Assembly: GCA_963758295.1 (NCBI GenBank)
Contig: CAVWUU010000001.1
Coordinates: 32,001 to 96,000, forward strand
Length of the DNA stretch: 64,000 nucleotides
Direction of reading: 5' to 3'
DNA from: Candidatus Eremiobacteria bacterium
Lineage (GTDB): Bacteria; Vulcanimicrobiota; Vulcanimicrobiia; Vulcanimicrobiales; Vulcanimicrobiaceae
The position numbers were made by a program, and so were the translations under genes. The notes beneath the pieces were generated by a model. The model had not been told where the DNA came from. It was given only the letters and a program-made list of their open reading frames with translations, and made no database searches. Numbering within the stretch: the first letter of the stretch is position 1; every line of letters starts with the position of its first letter. Of the stretch, positions 56,809 to 64,000 are shown piece after piece.

Positions 56809-58935
56809 TTACGGCGCGGGGGGCGTATTGCAACCAGCTTCCGTGGGCGGCAAACCCGGCGGAATACTGGGTTGCCAGACTCCTGAAAGCGGCCCTGCTT
56901 CTGCGCTTCCAAAGTCCACAGAATACTCGGGAGTGCCATTAATGCTTTGTTGGCCCCACCCGAGCGGGCAAACAATACGGGCGTTGCTGTTGGGATCATC
57001 ATCGTTGGAGAAGGATGCGCCCGTCGGGATCCATGCACGACCACCATCAAGTGATTTGTAGTAGAACGTCTCATGGTAAGCCGCTGAGTCGATGCAGGTC
57101 CGATCCGTTCGAGTACCTGCCCAGGAATAGCACTGGAAGAAAGAGTGTCCCACTATGGCACACGAATCGCCATTTGCAGGGTTGCAGAAGCTCGATGATA
57201 CAGCTGCAGCCACCGCAGCTTTCTGTATGGTGACGTTCTGATCAAGCACTGTGATCTCACAGGCGCTTACCGCGCTCGAGCCTCCCATAACAACGTATCC
57301 AGCCGTCGGCGCGAGAGCACTGGGGTACCATCCTCGAGACTGCAAAGCGGCGCCGCAATCCTGTGATATCTTGAATCCACCGGCGTAGTTAGCCTCATGC
57401 ACAGCAACAACGGCGCCGCTAGGTCCGGATAAGCAGCCGTTAGAGTCGGTTTTGATGCCAAGTCCCCAAGGGTCGGAAGTGTTGGTGAGTGGCGTTGAGT
57501 CGGCGGTCATAGAGGCGGCGCTGGGAAATGCGCGAGGTTGATTTATCGCGCAGGGCGTTACAGAAGCGTCGGCCGTAGAGCCGCCGAGCAAATAATTTAA
57601 AGCCATCGCGACATTCAAACGATCGCGGTTGGTATTCGCCAGTTGGGAACCAGCCACGGGAAATTCGATCGCGGGCGGCCACACCGCAAGAACGGAGTTG
57701 GTGACCGTAATGTGGACGTCAACGGGCGGTTCGCCATATTGGTCGCCGGCACGAATGTCGCACTGACCGGCGGCGCTCGGCGTTACTTTCAAAACCGCTA
57801 GCGCGGGCGTAGTCGAAGGGGAGGACGGCGTCGACGAAGCGGTTACGGCATACGTAGCTATTCCGGCGCAATTGTCGGTGGTTTTCAGCGATAAGTTTTC
57901 GCTGTCGAATGTTTTCCCGAAAGCAACATCTTGCGCCGCACCGAGCGGCGAGTTGAACGTGAGCGACGCCGGAGCCGGCGTTAGATCGCCCATAACTTGA
58001 ACGGCCGCGCCCGCGTGCTGTCCGTAATCGTCGACGATGTCGACCGCACAAAGACCTGGGCTGCCCGCAATTGGCGACATGGAGAATGACGCGGGCGCGT
58101 CGTTCATGCTCGAAGCGTTGGGCCAAGAATACGGCGCATTCGGCGGGTTTGGAGCGAGGCGCGGTTCGTTCGGATCGGGCGCCGTTGAATACGGCCAACC
58201 GAAATCGTAGCGCGCGACCGCGCCGCACGCGGTTCCGGCTGCAGACGCAAACCAATGCGTGTAGCCGAATTCCGCGGCGGCGAAATGTAAGGCCGTGTTG
58301 TCGGTCGTCCAATGCGCGACGAGCTGTGACGGCGTGACGACGGGCAAGTTCGGCGTCGGCGACGGATTTGGAGCCTGAACGCCGCTAACAGAATCGGCGC
58401 ATTGCAGCGTGCGCGTTTGCGTAGCGCCTTGCGGGCTCGTGAATGTCAAGACAATCCCGCCTACGGGGCAGGGCGGCTGCGATGCAATCGCATTGAACGA
58501 CGGCTCGCCTTTTGTATCGACCGCCGGATAAGACGCCAAGCCCGACGGATGGCCGGCGCTGCTGAGGAAAATCGAAAACGGCGGTTTACCGAAAGTCCGT
58601 TCCACCACTGTGGCGCTGCTTTCGATCGGCATGGCGGTCGTCGGCTGGACGGCGCCCGCCGCATTGGGCCGGCCGCGATAAACGCGAAGGATAAAGCCGG
58701 AATGGGCGCCGCTCGCATCAACGCGAGGTAACACCGCAATCGTCGCGCCGTTCCCGCTCGACGCGGCCGTTGCGCGCGCGACCGCAAGATCGGCGTCGAA
58801 GTCGTCCACCGCATTCGCCAGTGCGCCGGGGTGCATGCTCCCAAGCCAAAGTCCGCCGGCTGCAAGCAACACGGCGGTAATGGCAACGGCGATAACCATT
58901 TCAACGAGGCTGAACCCGCGTTCGCTGCTCCGCAC
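56809..58935 (-). CDS. Large prepilin-type (FimT/GspH-like) protein with Cys-rich adhesin-like extension
   Basis: ERG|FSLVEMVIAV class III signal and D...ARATA pilin helix, followed by about 500 aa of beta-type, Cys-containing sequence. Confidence 0.75.
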   Translation of the reverse strand: MRSSERGFSLVEMVIAVAITAVLLAAGGLWLGSMHPGALANAVDDFDADLAVARATAASSGNGATIAVLPRVDASGAHSGFILRVYRGRPNAAGAVQPTTAMPIESSATVVERTFGKPPFSIFLSSAGHPSGLASYPAVDTKGEPSFNAIASQPPCPVGGIVLTFTSPQGATQTRTLQCADSVSGVQAPNPSPTPNLPVVTPSQLVAHWTTDNTALHFAAAEFGYTHWFASAAGTACGAVARYDFGWPYSTAPDPNEPRLAPNPPNAPYSWPNASSMNDAPASFSMSPIAGSPGLCAVDIVDDYGQHAGAAVQVMGDLTPAPASLTFNSPLGAAQDVAFGKTFDSENLSLKTTDNCAGIATYAVTASSTPSSPSTTPALAVLKVTPSAAGQCDIRAGDQYGEPPVDVHITVTNSVLAVWPPAIEFPVAGSQLANTNRDRLNVAMALNYLLGGSTADASVTPCAINQPRAFPSAASMTADSTPLTNTSDPWGLGIKTDSNGCLSGPSGAVVAVHEANYAGGFKISQDCGAALQSRGWYPSALAPTAGYVVMGGSSAVSACEITVLDQNVTIQKAAVAAAVSSSFCNPANGDSCAIVGHSFFQCYSWAGTRTDRTCIDSAAYHETFYYKSLDGGRAWIPTGASFSNDDDPNSNARIVCPLGWGQQSINGTPEYSVDFGSAEAGPLSGVWQPSIPPGLPPTEAGCNTPPAP

Positions 58936-58961
58936 GAGGCGGTAAGTGCCACGGAATACCG

Positions 58962-59438
58962 CTACGGTGACAGCCGGTCGACGCGGGCAGCATAACAGCC
59001 TCGCCCGGCATAGTGCACGTGCAAATAGGCGATGTCGGCATTCGCGAAGAGTTGCGCAATTGTCGTACGAACGTTAGACCCTTCGGCGATATCGGCATCG
59101 ACGATGTTGCCTGCAGCGTCGAATCCGCGAACCGATAGATAGGTACGCGAGCTGAGCACAGCGGGAACTTCGTCGACGAAGGTCGCGCGCTCGGTCGCAC
59201 TTTCGTTCACGAAGATCGCGTGCGATGCACGATACGGCGTTTCAGCCGGCTGATGCTCGTAGTTGAGCAATATAAGCGTATCGCCGGGTTTCGCGTCGGC
59301 GAGCGAAACGCGGCACGGGAATCCGGTCGGCGCATCAGCCGTAACGCGCACAGCGTTACGCTCGGCCAGCTCGGCATCGCTCAAGGCTTTCAGAGTTGTG
59401 AACTGTTCGGGATCGAGGCCGCAAATGACAAAGCTCAT
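58962..59438 (-). CDS. DUF1203 domain protein
   Basis: GFPCRVSL.DA..G, PYRASHAIFV and YLHVHYAGRGCYAARV motifs. Confidence 0.88.
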   Translation of the reverse strand: MSFVICGLDPEQFTTLKALSDAELAERNAVRVTADAPTGFPCRVSLADAKPGDTLILLNYEHQPAETPYRASHAIFVNESATERATFVDEVPAVLSSRTYLSVRGFDAAGNIVDADIAEGSNVRTTIAQLFANADIAYLHVHYAGRGCYAARVDRLSP

Positions 59439-59460
59439 GCCTCAATTGTGAGGCATGAGC
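59433..59460 (-). terminator. Perfect 12-bp inverted repeat overlapping the DUF1203 start (terminator and/or operator)
   Basis: GCTCATGCCTCA-ATTG-TGAGGCATGAGC, followed on the minus strand by TTTGTCATTT. Confidence 0.55.
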
Positions 59461-59492
59461 CTTGCCGGGGCGACCCGATTCTTGCGCGAGCG

Positions 59493-60704
59493 CTATTCGA
59501 AGCGCAGGGCCTCGATCGGGTGGAGGTTCGCCGCTTTTTGCGCCGGATAGTATCCGAAGAAGACGCCGACGAAGGCGCTGAACGCCACCGACGCCAGGAC
59601 CCATCCGAGCGGAATTTGCGTTGGCCATTTCGCAAGCGCGGCCACCAGGCCGGTGCTTGCGAAGCCGAGGATTACACCGATCAATCCGCCGATCGTAGCG
59701 AGCACGATCGATTCGGTCAGGAACTGGCGCAGAATGATCTTTCCACGCGCGCCAACGGCCATGCGTAAGCCGATCTCACGCGTGCGCTCGGTGACCGACA
59801 CCATCATGATGTTCATGATGCCGATGCCGCCGACTATAAGCGACACGGCAGCAACACCGGCGAGCAAGAATTCCATCACGGCACCGGTCGAAGATGCGGC
59901 CGCCGCAATCGATTGCAGGTTGCGCACCTGGAAGTCGTCGTTTTGGGACGAGGTGATGTGATGGCGTTGTTCAAGCGTCGACGTTACAAGCTGCTGCACA
60001 GCATCGATGTTGTCGCCGTCCTTTGCCGAAACCATGAGCTGATTGACGGTCGTGAGTCCGGTGATGCGCTGCATTGCCGATGTGTAGGGAATGAGAATCG
60101 TGTCGTCTTGGTCTTGCCCAAGGCCGCTCTGACCGAGCGGGCTGAGCGTTCCAACGATCGTAAACGGCACGCCCTTCAGGATGATCGTTTGACCGACCGG
60201 ATTCACGCCGCCGGGGAAGAGTTGCTGCACGACGGTTTGTCCGAGCACCGCGACCTTCGCGGACGACGTTACGTCGTTTTGCGAAAAGAACGCACCGTTT
60301 GCAATTGGCCACGACCGGATGAACGTGTACGTCGGCGCGACGCCGCTGACAGTGGTTTGCCAGTTGTTGCCGCCGGCAACGGCCTGCGTGCGAATCGTGA
60401 CAAGCGGCGAGACCGCCGCGACGCCGGGCACTTGCGCGAGCGACATGCCGTCTTCGGGCGTCAACGTCGATGCCGTGCCGAATCCGCCGCGCGCGCCGCT
60501 CGTGGTAACCGATCCCGGTTGAACCACGATTAGATTCGATCCCAAGCTATTGATGCTCGCCTGCACGGAAGCCCGCGCACCCGACCCGATCGCGACCGTC
60601 ACGATGACGGCGGCGACGCCGATCACGATGCCGAGCATCGTCAGGATCGACCGCGCTTTATTGCGGATCAGCGCTTGCAGCGCGAGTTTGAGAGTGTTTT
60701 TCAT
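59493..60704 (-). CDS. MacB/FtsX-like ABC transporter permease
   Basis: RS.LTMLGIVIGVAAV, VGGIGIMNIM.VSVTERTREIG.R.AVGA and PIEALR motifs. Confidence 0.93.
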   Translation of the reverse strand: MKNTLKLALQALIRNKARSILTMLGIVIGVAAVIVTVAIGSGARASVQASINSLGSNLIVVQPGSVTTSGARGGFGTASTLTPEDGMSLAQVPGVAAVSPLVTIRTQAVAGGNNWQTTVSGVAPTYTFIRSWPIANGAFFSQNDVTSSAKVAVLGQTVVQQLFPGGVNPVGQTIILKGVPFTIVGTLSPLGQSGLGQDQDDTILIPYTSAMQRITGLTTVNQLMVSAKDGDNIDAVQQLVTSTLEQRHHITSSQNDDFQVRNLQSIAAAASSTGAVMEFLLAGVAAVSLIVGGIGIMNIMMVSVTERTREIGLRMAVGARGKIILRQFLTESIVLATIGGLIGVILGFASTGLVAALAKWPTQIPLGWVLASVAFSAFVGVFFGYYPAQKAANLHPIEALRFE

Positions 60705-61402
60705 GCGGCCCGGCTTTCGTTGCGTTTGTCACTGACAATGTGACCGTCGCGGAACGTCACGATGCGTTTTGCATGCATTGCGATGTCCGCCTCGTGCGTC
60801 ACGAGCATGATGGTGATGCCTTGCTCGCGATTGAGCCCTTGGAAGATGCGCATCACGTCTTCCGAGGTTTTCGTGTCGAGCGCGCCCGTCGGTTCGTCGG
60901 CGAGAATAAGCCCCGGATTATTGACGAGCGATCGTGCGATGGCGACGCGTTGCTGCTGGCCGCCCGACATCTGGTTCGGATGGTGGCCGGCGAGATGATC
61001 GACGCCCACGATCTTCATTTTTTCAAGCGCAATGCGCTTGCGTTCCGCATCCGGAACCCCGGCGTAGACCATTGGTAACTCGACGTTTTCGAGTGCGCTC
61101 GTGCGCGGTAGCAAGTTATACGACTGGAACACGAACCCGAGGCGGCGGCTGCGGATGTCGGCCCGCGCGTCGGCATCGAGATTCGATGCATCGGTGCCTT
61201 CAAAGTAGTACGTTCCGCTGGTCGGATTGTCGAGCAATCCCGTGATTTGCATGAACGTCGACTTGCCGGAACCCGACGGTCCCATGACGGCGACGAATTC
61301 ACCGCGATCGATTTGGAGATCGACCCCGCCGAGGGCGACGACTTGCGCGTCGCCCAACGTGTACACCTTGCGAAGGTTTTGAACGCGTACGACCGGTTCC
61401 AT
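60701..61402 (-). CDS. ABC transporter ATP-binding protein (MacB/LolD-like)
   Basis: GPSGSGKS, GFVFQSYNL, SGGQQQR and DEPTGALD motifs. Own ATG at 61402 in a TAATG context. Confidence 0.88.
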   Translation of the reverse strand: MEPVVRVQNLRKVYTLGDAQVVALGGVDLQIDRGEFVAVMGPSGSGKSTFMQITGLLDNPTSGTYYFEGTDASNLDADARADIRSRRLGFVFQSYNLLPRTSALENVELPMVYAGVPDAERKRIALEKMKIVGVDHLAGHHPNQMSGGQQQRVAIARSLVNNPGLILADEPTGALDTKTSEDVMRIFQGLNREQGITIMLVTHEADIAMHAKRIVTFRDGHIVSDKRNESRAA

Positions 61403-62998
61403 TACGGAATCCCCCGCATGCCGCGAGCCACTTGAGCCACCACCGGTGAGCGGCGAGCCGCCGCTTTGCGTACGCTGTCCTTGGCCGCTGCGGGCGCTCC
61501 GTGTGCCGGAGAAGGCGGTGACGACGTTATCGGTTTCGCTCAGCGTCGACCCGTCGACCGGCGTCACGGCGGCCTGTGCAGCGGTGACGAGATTTACGTG
61601 GACTTTCACGCGTTGGATCTTGCCGCTGCGCTGCACCATCAGCGATGCATCCGATCCGGCGGCGACGCTTCCGCCCGCATTTCCGCTCGACGTTTGTCCC
61701 CACGGCGACTGCGCGCCGGCCGAAGCCGCTGTACTGCTTGGTGCGGTTGCCGTCGATGCGCTGCGCGCGCCGGTGTTGCTGCCGCCCTGGTGCAGCGCCG
61801 TGAGCGGCACCACCAGCGAGTTGTTGGCACTGGCAACATTGATGGTTGCGTTGGCCGTCATACCGGGGAGCAACTTTCCATCAGTGTTGTTGACGTCGAC
61901 GATCACTTGATACGTCACGACGTTGTTCACGGTTTGCGGGTTGATGCGCACTTCACCGACCGTTCCTTGGAACGTTTGGTTCGGGTAGGCAAGGACGCTG
62001 AAGTTCACGGTATCGCCGGGCTTGACGTTGCCGATGTCCGGCTCGCCGACGTTGATGTCGACTTCCATCTTGCGCAGGTCTTGCGCGATCGTGAAGAGCG
62101 TTGGCGTCTGCAGCGAAGCGGCAACCGTCTGTCCTACCGAAACCGCGCGTGAGACCACCGTGCCGTCAACCGGCGAGGTGATCACCGTGCGATCGAGGTT
62201 AAGCTGATCTTGTTTCAGCGTAGCCTGCGCGGCAGAGATCGATGCGCGAGCGGCTTCTGCGGTAGCAGCTTGGCCTTGCGCTTGCGAGGCGTTTTGGTTG
62301 ATCGTCGCTGCGCTGGCCGCCGCTTGCGCGCGAGCTTGTGCGACCGCAGCCTGGGCTGCGGCTACCGCTGCTTGGGCTTGCGTTAGGTTCGAACGGTCGG
62401 TATCGACCGTCGATTGCGGCATGTAGCCCTGCTTCAGCAGCGTGGTGTCGCGATTGAACTGTTGCTGCGCGAGCGTAAGCGCGTCTTGCGATTTGGCAAC
62501 GTTGGCTTGCGCGGTTTGAATCGCCGCATCTTGCGCTGCTGCATTCGCGTTCGCTACGTTAACCGTTGCGCCGGCACCCGATGCGTTCGCGCTGGCTGCA
62601 TTGGCTTGCGCCTGCGCTTGGGCAACGGCGGCATTTGCCTGATCGACCTGCGCTTGGAGCGTGCTGGGATCGATTTTCGCCAGCACTTGGCCTTTTCGGA
62701 CCTTGGAATTGAAGTCGACGTCGAGTTCGGAGATCGTTCCCGAAACCTGCGTGCCGACGGTGATCGTGTTCTGTGCGTTAACCGTGCCCGATGCCGTCAC
62801 GCTCTGAACTAACGTCTGACGAACGACGGGTTGGGTGGTAACTTGAACTTGACTATGCGCGCGAGAGACGGCCGTGGCAGCCACGATTCCCGCAACGAGC
62901 AGAACGGCGATTCCGATATAAAGCCATTTAGGGATGCCTCGGAGCGACCTCCCTATGTTTCCGAATCCCGGTGATAGCGGCAACGATTGAGCTGACAT
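61402..62998 (-). CDS. Efflux RND/MacA-type periplasmic adaptor subunit
   Basis: ASGTV, VGTQVSG.I, ITSPVDGTVV, GQTVAASLQTPTLF and LLPGMTA motifs with a GGAGG RBS. As assembled it reads in frame into the ATPase, probably because of an indel. Confidence 0.88.
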
Positions 62999-63140
62999 GC
63001 GAATTCCTCCGCTGCCAGAATAGGTCGCCGACTTGAGGCTTCGTGGTGAATTTCATGAAGCTGGCGTGAGAAGCAGTGAAGGGACGCGTTAGCCGGGTAT
63101 TCTGATAAAAAGCAGAGATCGTGATTTCGGGGAGACTCGC

Positions 63141-63695
63141 ATGCTTTACGCAATGCTGTTAGCCGCAACGGTAGCCGCAACCTCAATGTCGCCGGGCGCG
63201 GCGGGAGAATCGCACGGGAAATATCTTGGCAAACCGGACCTGGCGCTCACGGTGCAAATGATCGAAGCCGGCGGTGGTCCCGCGCAGTTCTCGTCTCAAA
63301 AACTCTTCGCGTATTTGGCGGGCTCTAAAACCTCCGCCGAAGCGAAGTCTCTAACGCAGCGCTACGGCGCGTCGAATATCTCGCAATTCTTCAAAACATT
63401 CGATCGCTTTGTTCATCTTGCGGTCGCGCAAGTGCAAACTCAGCATATCGCGTTGCCGCCGGCTAAGCCGGCCCCGCCGGCCGTGCTTGCAAACAGCCTG
63501 TATCGCGCCGGCGTGATGCCCGACGGGCGGTATGACGTCGGATACATGCTCGAACGCCTACTCTCGCGACCGATGCACGTAACGCTGATGCGGAACGTAA
63601 ACGACGACCCGGCTTTCGGCGCGCAAAAGAATGCACAATTCCACGTGATCCTCACTGCGGCAATGAAAGATCTGCACAAAGCGTACGGAGAATAG
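63141..63695 (+). CDS. Hypothetical secreted protein
   Basis: Signal peptide and GGGAG RBS, helical body with H...M and FH motifs. Confidence 0.65.
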   Translation: MLYAMLLAATVAATSMSPGAAGESHGKYLGKPDLALTVQMIEAGGGPAQFSSQKLFAYLAGSKTSAEAKSLTQRYGASNISQFFKTFDRFVHLAVAQVQTQHIALPPAKPAPPAVLANSLYRAGVMPDGRYDVGYMLERLLSRPMHVTLMRNVNDDPAFGAQKNAQFHVILTAAMKDLHKAYGE

Positions 63696-63697
63696 CG

Positions 63698-64000
63698 ATG
63701 CGCTTACCGGGTGCTTTGCTGATTCTTGTTCTCGCGGGATGCGCGAACGGAACCTCGCACTCCGCCTCAGCGTCCCCGATTGCGCTCTCGACGGCGCCGG
63801 GAAACGTTGTCATCGGCATTTCTGCGCTTCAACGCGGCGCGCAAATACAGCGCCTTTCCTACACGGGCCACTGGGAGTTCGTCTCGAATCGAAAAGACGG
63901 GCGGTTCGAAGGTGCAAGTGCGCGTTCGTTTCATGTGGGCGACGCTTTGACCCTCGTGTTTCGTGGAAACCGGATACGCCTCTACGGTGTTACCGGCCCG
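63698..64000 (+). CDS. Lipoprotein, truncated by the window end
   Basis: MRLPGALLILVLAGC lipobox, open frame to the window end (YTGHWE...FRGNRIRLYGVTGP). Confidence 0.65.
   Translation, partial: MRLPGALLILVLAGCANGTSHSASASPIALSTAPGNVVIGISALQRGAQIQRLSYTGHWEFVSNRKDGRFEGASARSFHVGDALTLVFRGNRIRLYGVTGP

Noticed and set aside
60701..62998. Apparent novel 765-aa fusion of membrane fusion protein and ABC ATPase
   Set aside because: A shifted frame reads ...GMRGIP-stop with TAATG overlapping the ATPase ATG at 61402, which is a classic coupled junction. A periplasmic adaptor fused directly to a cytoplasmic ATPase is also topologically implausible. It is likely a one-base indel.
1..64000. CRISPR arrays, tRNA/rRNA genes, transposases, integrases or prophage
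   Set aside because: No regularly spaced repeats, cloverleaf or rRNA-like segments, or mobile-element ORFs were recognised. Intergenic gaps are short.

Overview
This is a gene-dense, GC-rich bacterial chromosomal window. By gene style and content it resembles a soil Terrabacteria lineage, possibly Ca. Eremiobacterota/Vulcanimicrobiota, which is an inference only. In order it holds: (1) a periplasmic thiosulfate-oxidation module (ModA-like binding protein, Tat/DsrE-like protein, diheme TsdA); (2) an operon of cupredoxin, metallophosphoesterase, ECF sigma and anti-sigma; (3) a division operon ftsE-ftsX-[histidine kinase-REC/GGDEF]-M23-ctpA-ctpA; (4) rne and an mtnX-like phosphatase, divergent from a tandem-PilZ gene; (5) a cyclase-STAND ATPase; (6) minC-minD-minD-minE-alkB-rodA with two intact minD paralogs; (7) a MoxR/DUF58/SpoIIM/RDD cluster; (8) a standalone LigD polymerase followed by a tightly overlapping five-gene operon (MFS, PLP decarboxylase, glycosyltransferase, YqcI/YcgG GntA/DcsA-like guanidino N-hydroxylase, DUF1989); (9) an OmpR-type two-component system, two orphan pilin-like genes and a MacAB-like exporter. 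The best candidates for undescribed systems are the guanidino-hydroxylase operon, the c-di-GMP module inside the ftsEX operon, the dual MinD system and the hybrid thiosulfate dehydrogenase cluster. Several genes (rne, M23, the cyclase, a lipoprotein, the MFP/ABC junction) carry single-base indels that are most likely long-read sequencing errors. No rRNA, tRNA, CRISPR array or mobile element was recognised.
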